From a bacterium (GTDB lineage: Bacteria; Electryoneota; JAOADG01), in NCBI GenBank assembly GCA_963681965.1, contig OY820579.1:1671379-1735378 (forward strand): a stretch of DNA of 64,000 nucleotides, in the 5' to 3' direction. Numbering within the stretch: the stretch's first letter is position 1; each line of letters begins with the position of its first letter. Both the position numbers and the translations under genes were made by a program. Below the pieces are notes generated by a model that worked only from the letters and a program-made list of their open reading frames with translations, did no database searches and had not been told where the DNA came from. Below are positions 8,126 to 17,765 of this stretch, piece after piece.

Positions 8126-9617
8126 TTATTTCGCGAGGATGATTTTCCGCTTTGAAGTAAATTCGCTAGTCGTCAATCGGAGGAAGTAGATCCCGGACGG
8201 TTGGTCAAATGCATTCCATGATATTTGTTTCGAACCCGCTTCCTGAGATTCGTCGATTAGCGTCGCAACAATTCGCCCAAGAAGATCGCAAATGGTGATT
8301 TTGACCTTCCCTGGTTTCGCAATTGAATAGGTTATGTGCGTTGTGGCATTGAAGGGATTCGGATAATTGGATAAAGCGTACTGCGAAACAATCGATGCCG
8401 ATGGATCGACGATGAATGATGCCTGCCGACCAATTCCGGTCAAATTTAACGTAAAGACGCTATCAGAAGCATTGTGATGAAAACCGAATAATCCCGATCG
8501 CACACCGGTATCCGTCGGAGCGAATGTGAGAGTGACATTCGCATGACTACCGGCAGCAATCGATGGTGGAAGCGAATCGCATCGGAAGTCCCCGGTAATC
8601 GATCCCGCGTTCAGCAATAGCACACCTTCGCCGTAATTCGATAGTCGAATCGTGTATTCGATCGAATCACCAATGACCGTAGATCCGAAATTCAATGGAT
8701 CAGAAAGCACGGCACCGTTCACATCCGACACATCGAAAAGAGGGAGGGGAGGAGGTAGACCGGTTCCTACCAAATTCAGCACAAAGGGACTACCGGGTGC
8801 ATTTGTGACAAAACCAAAAAATCCATCTCACCGAATCGACTCGGCTGGTCGGAATGTCAACGTCACATCCAGATGATCACCGGGAGCAAGCGGACTAGTT
8901 ATAGCTGAATGATGGAAATCAACGGAAATAGTGTCATTCGAGATCGTCAACGCAGCATTTCCGGCATTGGTAAAACGGATCGTGTGATTGACATCAGAAC
9001 CAATTCGTACCGACCCGAAATTCACCGGAGTAACAAGCGCGCTGTCGTTGGTTTCAGTGACAATCAAAGCGGGTGAGTTGATGGGGTTACAGATCTGCCA
9101 ATTAGGGGTAGAAGAATTCGGGTTGACATGCACATCCCAGATCGAGCCGTCAATCATTGGAGCGAGATACTGACCACCGTCAACATAATGCGAACCGACC
9201 GGGAATGGATACGTTGCTCCTACATTCACATCTGCCCAGACACGGAAATAGAAATTTTGACCGCCAATCAGAGTAGTATGGGGCGGATTGACTATGATCG
9301 AGTTGGTTAAAAAAAGCGCAAACAAACCGTCGGCTTCTGTACTTCCACCGACTTGCCAAATAGAGTTGATGACATCTCCGTTACTCGGCGCTCCACGCAA
9401 ATCGCCAGACATGATTGGGGGGTGTAGATTATCGTTATTAGGACGGATGATCTGGATCAATCGCCCTTGCGGAACAGGATTATCGTGATACATGATCGTA
9501 TATAGAATTTCGCCGTTGATATCGAAAGTCGCGAAATCGAAACCAACCGGTTGCGCCAAGACCGATCCAATCAGTATCTATTAATTGATCGCAATCAACA
9601 ACAGGATCTTTTTCATC
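8126..9617 (-). pseudogene. Decayed paralog of the T9SS cargo family (novel N-terminal domain, two Ig-like repeats, Por CTD); three in-frame stop codons
   Basis: One frame from the ATG at 9616 (AGGAGG ribosome-binding site) to the stop at 8126. A TAA-TAG pair sits inside the signal peptide (MKKILLLIAIN**ILIGSVLAQP). A TGA sits at 8825-8827, where the 881-aa paralog has Arg. The CTD is intact: NYPNPFNATTHITYSI...GIYFLRL. Confidence 0.7.
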
Positions 9618-9643
9618 GTTCCTCCTGGTCCGTGACAATCCAC

Positions 9644-12289
9644 TTATTTTGTCAAGAGGATTTGCCGGGTCGTACTGAAACTCGACGTCTCCATTTTCAC
9701 AAAATAATTTCCCGAAGGTAGATCTTTCGCATTCCAGTTGATCGATTGTGAGCCACGCTTCACATTGCCATTCACCAATGTTGCATTCGTCTGACCCAAG
9801 ATGTTCATAATCGTAATTTTAACGTTCCCTTCGGTCATCATCGAATACGAAATTCGCGTCGTCGAATTGAATGGATTGGGATAACTCGACAACGAATACT
9901 CATTTACCACTGCTGACTGCGGTGTTGCCGTACGCGAGGCATTCGAAGTCGTCGTCCCGTCGAGCGCCTTATCGGTGATGCGATAAGTGTAGGTTCGACC
10001 GTTTTCAAGATTGTAATTGTCGACATAATAATAGTTCAAAGGCACCGAGCTATTGCCCCCGTCGGCTTTCGATTGCTCCCGATGAATCAATGTCCAATTG
10101 CCCGATGGATCGTCGTTCAATTTGCGCTCGATCTCGAATCCCCAGTTGTTGATTTCGGTAGCGACACGCCAGTGTAAAGTCACCTGACGGTCACCGGCGG
10201 AAGCATCCATCGTCAATGCTGTTACCGGCGTAACTGGTTGAGCGGTTAATGCCCAAGTCGAGAATTGTTGGACATTGTAGATCGTTGCGCGCCAGACATT
10301 CGGGGTACCGGCAGCATACAGGTCGATTACCGGGTAGTAATAATTCCAGACACCGAGGTGATATGCGAGCGCCATCAACCGCGGAGTATGTAATCGTGGA
10401 TCCCCAAACCCGGCCGGGAGATCGGTGTCGGTGAAATAAAGTTCAACGCGGGCACGGAAGCCTGCGCCCCCGGTTTGATCGATTTGCCACCAGCGCTGAA
10501 TATTGTCGTTTGCATTATAGGGCATCGGGTTGTAAATGCCGGAACCAGTGAACCCGCCAACCGGAAGACCGGTAGGATAACTGGTAACGTAATTGACAAC
10601 TACTGTGGACGGTTGAAGACCGACATTACCGCTGAATTCCAAAATAATTGGGGGTAGGTTGTTTGTTTCGGGATCCGGAGGAAATGACGGATGCCACGGT
10701 AGAGGGTTCGCACCAGGCGTCGGGTTATTGTCGGAATTATCGTTGCCATCCACCCAACGGTCTGCAGCGATAGCCGTACCTTCGAGATTCGCAAAAAATA
10801 GTGGAGCACTGCCAGTATGGAAGAAACTGAATGTACCGGTTTCATGACCGGCAACTGTTGGAGTATAGCGAACAGTTACATCGTAAGTTGCGGATGATGC
10901 AATAATAACAGGGTAAGTATGGGTTCCAACCAGACTAAACGGACCAGTACAGGACAAATTAGTAACTCTTATACTGTCCGGTCCACAATTGAAGATTTGG
11001 AATACTTTATCGGTAGTCATCGATCCAATAGTATCGGCACCGAATTGAACTACTGAAGATCCAACCGGTGTGCCATTCACCGTTACACGCGGAAATTGTG
11101 GACCTTCCCAGATACCGATTCCCGTAAGTGCCAAGGTATATGGCGATCCACTAGCATTGTGATCAAATCTGAAGTTGCCTGTTCGTGTACCGTGTATCGT
11201 GGGAGTAAATGTTAAGACGACATCAGCGTAATTTCCCGGAAGAAGGCTTGAAGGTACCGCGCCATGACTAAAATCGCCAGTAGTTGCGACACTGTCGATC
11301 GTCAATGGCGAACCACCGGTATTGCGAAGACGGATGGTGTGCGAGACTGATGTACCGTTTAACGTAGAACCCAAATTCAATGGTGGCGAAATCGCAGCGC
11401 CACCGACTTCAGTTACCGATAGTGCCGATGCTGGCACGGGAAGACCGGTACCGGTCAGGGTCAGGGCATATGAACCTCCGGCACCATTGTGATTAAATCC
11501 AAAAATACTGATTCGTGTTCCGGTAGTCGAAGGGTTGAAGGTAATCGTAACGTCGAGATGTCCACCTCCGATGATTGGAGTAGTTAAAGCGGAATAAGTG
11601 AAATCACCGTAGATCGAACCGTTGGAAAGCGTTAGTTCGGCATTACCGGAATTGGAAATGCGAATCGTATGTGTAACCGGAGTACCGAGAACAGACGAAC
11701 CAAAATTCAACGGAGTTGTAATCGAAGTACCGGCAACCTCAGTCACGTTCATGATTGGCGTTGGTGCACCGCATACTTGCCAATTCGGTAATGCCGACGT
11801 CGGATTGACTTGCATATCCCAATACGATGCGTCGGAAGTCGGTGCGATGTAGGGACCGCCATCGACATAGTGCGACCCTGATGGGAAAGGTGTTGCTGTT
11901 CCATAGGCAACATCGGACCAAATTCGAATATAGAAAAAGGCTCCGGCATTCAGCGAAGTTGGGGTTTGAGTATTGTGTAAAGAAGTGGATTGCGCCGTCA
12001 GGAACAACGAAAATAAACCATCGGCTTCAGTACCCTCGCCAATCTGCCACATCGAATTAATAATGTCCCCGTCAGTGACTGCGCCGAGATCTCCTGCAGC
12101 AGACGATGGAGGATGCAACGTTCCGTTCGGGCGAAGAATTTGTATGAGGCTACCGCGAGGTACCGGGTTGCCATTATACATCACCGTGTACAGAATTTCT
12201 CCACTCACGTCGAAGGATGCAAAATCAAATCCGATCGGATTGGCGAATATCGATCCAACCAGCAGGAATAGATTGATCATAAACATCAC
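9644..12289 (-). CDS. Large T9SS-secreted surface protein: signal peptide, conserved ~180-aa N-terminal domain of unknown function, multiple Ig-like (choice-of-anchor-D / ASH-like) repeats, Por_Secre_tail CTD
   Basis: 881 aa. Signal peptide present. Repeats of the type LNFGS..G..HTIR.SN.G...L...GDF......VT.TF.P. C-terminal SYPNPFNSTTRISYSM...GNYFVKMET CTD. Confidence 0.85.
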   Translation of the reverse strand: MMFMINLFLLVGSIFANPIGFDFASFDVSGEILYTVMYNGNPVPRGSLIQILRPNGTLHPPSSAAGDLGAVTDGDIINSMWQIGEGTEADGLFSLFLTAQSTSLHNTQTPTSLNAGAFFYIRIWSDVAYGTATPFPSGSHYVDGGPYIAPTSDASYWDMQVNPTSALPNWQVCGAPTPIMNVTEVAGTSITTPLNFGSSVLGTPVTHTIRISNSGNAELTLSNGSIYGDFTYSALTTPIIGGGHLDVTITFNPSTTGTRISIFGFNHNGAGGSYALTLTGTGLPVPASALSVTEVGGAAISPPLNLGSTLNGTSVSHTIRLRNTGGSPLTIDSVATTGDFSHGAVPSSLLPGNYADVVLTFTPTIHGTRTGNFRFDHNASGSPYTLALTGIGIWEGPQFPRVTVNGTPVGSSVVQFGADTIGSMTTDKVFQIFNCGPDSIRVTNLSCTGPFSLVGTHTYPVIIASSATYDVTVRYTPTVAGHETGTFSFFHTGSAPLFFANLEGTAIAADRWVDGNDNSDNNPTPGANPLPWHPSFPPDPETNNLPPIILEFSGNVGLQPSTVVVNYVTSYPTGLPVGGFTGSGIYNPMPYNANDNIQRWWQIDQTGGAGFRARVELYFTDTDLPAGFGDPRLHTPRLMALAYHLGVWNYYYPVIDLYAAGTPNVWRATIYNVQQFSTWALTAQPVTPVTALTMDASAGDRQVTLHWRVATEINNWGFEIERKLNDDPSGNWTLIHREQSKADGGNSSVPLNYYYVDNYNLENGRTYTYRITDKALDGTTTSNASRTATPQSAVVNEYSLSSYPNPFNSTTRISYSMMTEGNVKITIMNILGQTNATLVNGNVKRGSQSINWNAKDLPSGNYFVKMETSSFSTTRQILLTK

Positions 12290-12336
12290 ACAAATCTTCT
12301 TTATAATTCCTCCTAGTACGATTCTGCCGACGGGGG

Positions 12337-13146
12337 TTACTTGGTCAGCATGATTTGGCGAGTGGTATTACTAGTAGTTGTTTCCATCTTTACGAAATAA
12401 ATTCCTGAAGGTAATCCGGTCGCATTCCAAGTCACATAATGCGTACCGTTGTTTGCGGTGCCATTAACCAATGCCGCGACTTGCTGTCCCAGCATATTGG
12501 CGATCGTGATTCGAACATTCCCCGGTTGGGGTAGTGAATATGCGATTTGCGTAGATGCATTGAAGGGATTGGGATAATTAGTGAGAGCATAGTTTCGTAT
12601 GATTGTAATTTCCTCGGGAGCGGCGGTGCCACCAAGTGTCTGCCAATTCGGATTCGTCGAATTGGGTAATACCTGCACATTCCAGACAGCGTTATCGACG
12701 ACGAAAGGACCGCCATCAACATAATGCGTTCCGGGTGGGAATGGAGTCGGTGCATTGGAATTTACATCGGCCCAAATCCGGCAATAGAATCGAGCTTCTC
12801 GAATCAAGGCACCGGGAAGAAACACGCCCTGGGGATAACCAGTCAATACGAGCGAAAATAGTCCGTCGGAGCTGCACCCTTCACCAATTCCCCAATGAGA
12901 GTTGAGGAGATCGCCTCCGCCGGGAGCGCCGCGAAGATCGCCCGTCGTGACGGGAGGATGAAGTGAATCGACCACAGCAATGATCTGAATCATTCTACCT
13001 TGTCGTAGAATATCGCCGTTATACCGGATCGGAAAAGTCGTTTCGCCATCGCTGCTGAAAGTCGCGAAATCGATCGGAAACGGTTGGGCAAACGCTAAAC
13101 TAGATAACACAAGGAGGACTGTCAGACAGGAAAAAAGGTGTTTCAT
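12337..13146 (-). CDS. Short paralog of the T9SS cargo family (N-terminal domain plus CTD only)
   Basis: 269 aa. Signal peptide. It shares the N-terminal domain with the two upstream paralogs (FDFATF..GE..Y...Y.GN....G..IQI...HPP...GDL.GAP / GSHYVDGG / PNWQ). CTD NYPNPFNASTQIAYSL...GIYFVKMETT. Confidence 0.85.
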   Translation of the reverse strand: MKHLFSCLTVLLVLSSLAFAQPFPIDFATFSSDGETTFPIRYNGDILRQGRMIQIIAVVDSLHPPVTTGDLRGAPGGGDLLNSHWGIGEGCSSDGLFSLVLTGYPQGVFLPGALIREARFYCRIWADVNSNAPTPFPPGTHYVDGGPFVVDNAVWNVQVLPNSTNPNWQTLGGTAAPEEITIIRNYALTNYPNPFNASTQIAYSLPQPGNVRITIANMLGQQVAALVNGTANNGTHYVTWNATGLPSGIYFVKMETTTSNTTRQIMLTK

Positions 13147-13651
13147 AAAAGCTCCAGATTCACGGTAGAAAAGTCAGAGATTAATCAGGATAGGGGTGAG
13201 TTATTGCAACATAAGCCATTGTAAGAATTTTAAATAGGGAATTCAATATACTTTAGAAAGAATTTCAATTAATTTAAGAATGTTTGAATTCAATATTTTA
13301 GTGTCCAAATTTGAAACTGAATTGGGAAACTTATTGGTCAGTTGTGTTTCCGTTTTCTTTCATAGTGCCAATGTTGTATCTTTAGACGCGGGTAATTGAA
13401 ATCTACCCGCTTTTCCGTTGCAATCGGTGAACGGGAAACGGCGAACCGACCGGCATTGCGCAGCCTCCCCGGCTGATCTCGCAAGCGCCGGGTGGGCAGG
13501 GCGAACCGGTTCCAGCGTAGTATTCCGGGCTGTCTCTGCCAATCAAATCTCGTTTGATCGCAACCACAGTTCCGAACTCTACTGCCCAAATCGAATTACA
13601 CTCCGAACGCAACTTCGCAATTTCATTCATCTCTTACGCAGGAGTCGTCCC

Positions 13652-15181
13652 GTGTCTATTAAAATTACCGGTTACAATTTGACCGTGAATGATGTCGTTG
13701 CGGTCGCCCGTCGCAACGAAAAAATCGAATTGGCACCCGAAGCCATCGATCGAATTAAAGAATGCCGCAGCTTTCTGCTCCGCAAAATCGCCAAAGGCGA
13801 AACGATGTACGGCGTCAATACCGGCATCGGCGAATTGTCCGAAATCCGGCTCTCCGACGAACAGACGCGCGAATTTCAGAAATACCTCGTATTCAATCAC
13901 GCCGCCGGAATCGGCGATCCGATGCTGATCGACTATGTTCGCGCCGCGATGCTTTCGCGCATCAATGTCCACTCCAAAGGAAAGTCGGCGTGCCGTCCCG
14001 AAATCACTCAGACTTATGTCGACATGCTCAACAAGGGCGTCACGCCGGTGGTCTGCAATCGCGGTTCGGTAGGCGCTTGCGGCGATCTCGCACCGATGTC
14101 GCAAATCGCACTTTCGCTGCTCGGTGAAGGGGAATCGTTTTACAACGGCATTCGCATGCCGTCATCGGAAGCATTCCGCCTTGCCGGTATTCCCGTACCC
14201 GGTCTCGAAGTGCGCGACGGTCTCGCTGCCATCAACGGCAGCAATTTTATCTGCGGTGTCGGCTGCATGTTGATTCACGACATGGAACGATTCCTGTTGC
14301 AAGCGGAAATTGCCGCAGCGATGTCGCTGGAAGCACTACTCGCCAACATGAAACCGTATGACGAACGGCTCCATACCCTGCGTGGGTTCAGCGGTTCGGT
14401 AACCAGTGCCGCGAATCTCCGCAAATTGATGCACGGTTCCGATCTGACTACTGGCAAGATGAAAGTGAAAGTGCAGGATGCCTACAGCATGCGCTGCACC
14501 CCGCAAGTGATCGGCAGTGCGCGCGATGCCATCAAGTGGGCACGCTCGCAATTCGAAATTGAACTCAATGGTGTCTGCGACAATCCGATTTTTGTTCCGG
14601 AAGACGATGTAGTGTTATCCGGTGCAAATTTCCAAGGTACGCCGATCAGCTTGCCGCTCGATGCCGTCGCAGCGGCGATCACGATGGTATGCGTGTTGTC
14701 GGAACGACGTTTGAACCGGTTGTTGAATCCGGCTTGCAGCGTCGGTCTGCCGGCGTTCCTCACCAAGGGTGCGGGAATGTTCTCGGGACACATGCTGAGT
14801 CAATACACCGCCGATATGCTGATTGTCGAACAGCGCATTTTGTCGGTACCGGCGACGATTCAGTCGATCCCGGCGGCAGCCGATCAGGAAGATTTCGTCA
14901 GTATGGGTTGGAACAGCGCACTGAAGGCGGCGACCATAGTGGACAACGCCTACGGTATCCTCGGCATCGAACTCATTGCCGGAGCGCAGGCGCTCGATTT
15001 CCGTGAATTCACGCCGGGCAAGGGAACGCTCGCGGGCAAGGAAGCAGTACGCAAATTCGTGCAGCATCTCGATATCGACCGACCGTTGTTCCCGGACCAC
15101 AATGCGATGAAGGAAGCAGTGAAGAATCAGGAAGTGCTGAAGACTGTGGAAGCCGCGATTGGCGAGTTGAAGATTTACTAG
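13652..15181 (+). CDS. hutH: MIO-dependent histidine/aromatic amino acid ammonia-lyase family (HAL-like), with an Ala-Cys-Gly triad in place of Ala-Ser-Gly
   Basis: Family signatures VNTGIGELSE and GSVGACGDLAPMSQIALSLLGEGE. The length from the GTG start at 13652 (AGGAG ribosome-binding site) is ~510 aa. The track ORF that starts at 13418 is an artefactual N-terminal extension. Confidence 0.8.
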   Translation: MSIKITGYNLTVNDVVAVARRNEKIELAPEAIDRIKECRSFLLRKIAKGETMYGVNTGIGELSEIRLSDEQTREFQKYLVFNHAAGIGDPMLIDYVRAAMLSRINVHSKGKSACRPEITQTYVDMLNKGVTPVVCNRGSVGACGDLAPMSQIALSLLGEGESFYNGIRMPSSEAFRLAGIPVPGLEVRDGLAAINGSNFICGVGCMLIHDMERFLLQAEIAAAMSLEALLANMKPYDERLHTLRGFSGSVTSAANLRKLMHGSDLTTGKMKVKVQDAYSMRCTPQVIGSARDAIKWARSQFEIELNGVCDNPIFVPEDDVVLSGANFQGTPISLPLDAVAAAITMVCVLSERRLNRLLNPACSVGLPAFLTKGAGMFSGHMLSQYTADMLIVEQRILSVPATIQSIPAAADQEDFVSMGWNSALKAATIVDNAYGILGIELIAGAQALDFREFTPGKGTLAGKEAVRKFVQHLDIDRPLFPDHNAMKEAVKNQEVLKTVEAAIGELKIY

Positions 15182-15213
15182 TCGCTTATCACAACCTTTT
15201 GTACTAGTATTCG

Positions 15214-15246
15214 GAGGTGGGACTTTAGTCCCGCCTCTTTTTTCTC
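15214..15246 (+). terminator. Rho-independent terminator after the ammonia-lyase gene
   Basis: 10-bp GC-rich stem (GGAGGTGGGAC / GTCCCGCCTC), TTTA loop, T-run. Confidence 0.7.
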
Positions 15247-15957
15247 TTTAAGTCTAAGTACTAGAAGTAAACCTGTCAGAAGGTTAGTGGCTATTTTTCT
15301 GTTGGTTGTATTCATTGAATTTTGCTATAACAGCTGGTTTCATATTTATTATCTCACTTGAATGAATGAATCGGCCAACATCAAGAGGAATCATATACTT
15401 AAGAGAAACTTCATTTGAAGTTTGATCAGTATGTAAGAGTGTGATATCTCCATCTTTGTTAATTCTATACCAATCCGAAATAACGCCTAATAATTTTACC
15501 CGATCATTTAACGTGATTTCAGTTCCAAACATGTCTACAGCTTGAGTTAGAATAACTGGAGCGCCTGATGAACCAGGTAATATTGCTACATCAACCAGAC
15601 CATTTGGATTATTTTCAAATCTAACAACTGGAGGCAATGCTGTCGTTCCGCTTCTATTTATTGGTAGATTGTGAATCGAATCCCATAAACCATTCGGATA
15701 TGATGGTATGACTACATTTGAGGACGGCGGTAAACGTTCTAGAAATTCACTATTCGGAATATGTTGTTCAGTAAACGACATTGCACCAATTTTTTTTCCG
15801 CCATCTTCTTGATTAAATAGAATTGTGACTAAGTCGATATCCTCGTTAGGATGACTAACAATATCTTTTATCGTAAAAGTTCTGATTTGAGGCTTTTCAT
15901 CAAAAGACCCATGGTCTGCATCGTGATCTGCCCCCATTATTTGTACCAGTGTCTATG

Positions 15958-16833
15958 TCACACTGGTCTCATTCCTGCGTAGCGTAGCGGAGCAGGAATG
16001 AGTGGTAACTCTGTTTCCGGTGCCGGCGGCAGATAGCCCAAAGAGCTGTGCGGTCGAATCGTATTGTAATGGTGCCGCCATTGTTCGATAATCACCTTTG
16101 CTTCCAATATGGTATCAAAGATTTCACCCTTCAGCAACAGTTTCAACCGACAGTTAAAACTTTCGATGTATCCGTTTTCCCACGGGCTGCCAGGCGTAAT
16201 AAACAAGGGTTGCACATCAACCCGGGGCAGCCACGCTAGTACCTCATTCGCCGTAAACTCAGGGCCATTGTCACTACGAACATGAATCGGTGTACCTCGT
16301 ACTACAAACAGTTCTTCCAGTACGCAAAGAACATCATCCGCCTTGATCTTCCGGGCTACCAGGATCGCAAGGCATTCCCGGGTGTATTCGTCCATGATCG
16401 CAAAGATCTTGAACGAACGACCATTCGACGTATGCCACGTGACAAAGTCGAAGCTCCAGACATGATCCGGATGTTCCGGACGTAGACGGATGCAGGAACC
16501 ATCATTCAGCCACAGTCTTCGACGCTTCTTCTGCTTCTTCGGGACCTTCAGTCCGGACTGTCGCCAGATCCGTTCCACCCGTTTGTGGTTTACCCGCCAG
16601 CCGATGTTACGGATCATCGCCGTTACGATCCGGTAGCCATACCCGCCATACTGGCAAGCCAGAAATACCACCAGCGAGACCAACGGGCCTTCGTCGGCAC
16701 GACGAAGCGGTGCATACCGGTGACTCGTTCGTGGTTCGCAAAGAACCGTACAGACCCGTCGTTCCGAGACCCGATCAATGCCCAGCGAATGGCGAACAGT
16801 AAGCGCAGTCTCGCGACGCTTCGCCGGGCACAC
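15958..16833 (-). CDS. IS3-family transposase OrfB (DDE integrase core)
   Basis: rve-domain motifs (WSFDFVTWHT, HVRSDNGPEF). It overlaps orfA around a GGGAAAAT motif, consistent with a programmed -1 frameshift fusion. Confidence 0.85.
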   Translation of the reverse strand: MCPAKRRETALTVRHSLGIDRVSERRVCTVLCEPRTSHRYAPLRRADEGPLVSLVVFLACQYGGYGYRIVTAMIRNIGWRVNHKRVERIWRQSGLKVPKKQKKRRRLWLNDGSCIRLRPEHPDHVWSFDFVTWHTSNGRSFKIFAIMDEYTRECLAILVARKIKADDVLCVLEELFVVRGTPIHVRSDNGPEFTANEVLAWLPRVDVQPLFITPGSPWENGYIESFNCRLKLLLKGEIFDTILEAKVIIEQWRHHYNTIRPHSSLGYLPPAPETELPLIPAPLRYAGMRPV

Positions 16834-17108
16834 TATTTTCCCTTGAGAGCCTCCTGCAGGATCTCTTTGTCCAAGGTCAGATCAGATACGACCTTCCGAA
16901 GACGGCCATTCTCGCGTTCCAGTTCCTTCAAACGCTTCGCCTGATCCAGCTTCAAACCACCGTATTCCTTGCGCCAGTGGTAGTAAGTATGTTCCTGGAT
17001 GCCCAACTTCCGGCAAACTTCACGGACGCTCATCCCCTTCCCAATCTCAACTTCCGCTTCACGAAGCATCGGGATAATCTGCTCCGCAGTTCGCTTCACT
17101 CCACGCAT
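16833..17108 (-). CDS. IS3-family transposase OrfA (HTH)
   Basis: 91 aa. IS3 OrfA-like: helix-turn-helix plus leucine zipper (KRLKELERENGRLRKVVSDLTLDKEILQEALK). Confidence 0.85.
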   Translation of the reverse strand: MRGVKRTAEQIIPMLREAEVEIGKGMSVREVCRKLGIQEHTYYHWRKEYGGLKLDQAKRLKELERENGRLRKVVSDLTLDKEILQEALKGK

Positions 17109-17765
17109 GAAAACCTCCCATAAAAGGTACTACTCTGACATAGAGAGTGGTACTACTTTCGGGGGCTAGATCAATCGGACAATGTATGCACGAAAAATCG
17201 TCCAGAATCTATAGGTTTAGTCATTATATCAACAACATGTTTATTTGTTATAATAACTCGTATACAGTGTTTAGTGTTATATGAATTTTCGAAAAAAAAT
17301 CCAGTTCCATCTTTCATAATTTGATCACTTCTAGCCTCGATTTTGACAGTACTAAATAGGCTATGAGCATAATGTCCCCTGAAGGGTATCTGCCAATTTT
17401 CCACGGGAAATTCCTTGGGTTAATTGTTGTATTTTTGCTAAACAAACTTATTGATAGTAAATATAGTTAAATTAGTATTAACTTGCAATCACATTTAAAT
17501 TAATAGGTTTTTTCTCACATTTCTTTTAACTACCGCATCCAAATTGAACGAGTTACCACCCGCAAGGTCGCTCGAATAGTTTTTCCCATTTGTTGGCGAG
17601 ATACACAGAAGGTGGTCTTGTCGAACAGTATTGTTCGCGTCATTACTACGCTGGATGCGTACGAAAGGTGGTTATTGGACCATGATGGGTCGGAGGAACT
17701 GGGAATTTGCGGTTGGAACATGAAATTACAAGGTCGGACGTATGTCGTTCGTCACAAGGATAAAA

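Larger units (their letters stand above)
15924..17173 (-). mobile_element. IS3-family insertion sequence (1250 bp) with ~37-bp imperfect terminal inverted repeats starting TGATCT..., flanked by a 4-bp target site duplication ATCG
   Basis: Left IR TGATCTGCCCCCATTATTTGTACCAGTGTCTATGTCA. The right IR is its reverse complement, with mismatches. ATCG sits at 15920-15923 and at 17174-17177. It contains orfA and orfB. Confidence 0.85.
15284..17404 (-). pseudogene. Trypsin-like (chymotrypsin-fold, Trypsin_2-like) serine protease gene interrupted by an IS3-family insertion
   Basis: The N-terminal fragment 17174-17404 has the His motif (ITNKHVV). The C-terminal fragment 15284-15923 has the Asp region (DIDLVTIL) and the Ser motif (ILPGSSGAPV). 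Removing the IS and one ATCG copy restores a continuous ORF (...VHTLSDADHGSFDEKPQI...) of ~289 aa. Confidence 0.75.

Noticed and set aside
8825-8827. Selenocysteine, or UGA reassigned (genetic code 4 or 25), at the in-frame TGA
   Set aside because: Many genes here terminate with TGA. The paralog has Arg at this site. No SECIS hairpin follows. The same gene also carries a TAA-TAG pair.
9128-12353. Numerous 60-130-aa ORFs on both strands inside the 881-aa and 243-aa T9SS genes (for example 10249-10434, 11827-12060, 11973-12353)
   Set aside because: They are nested within long ORFs that have strong domain and CTD evidence. They are typical shadow ORFs.
13418-13651. N-terminal 78-codon extension of the ammonia-lyase ORF (track start 13418), and the overlapping minus-strand ORFs 13338-13630
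   Set aside because: They are GC-rich and match no motifs. The HAL homology begins at VSIKITG, just after a GTG with an AGGAG ribosome-binding site at 13652. The extension is a GC-content artefact.
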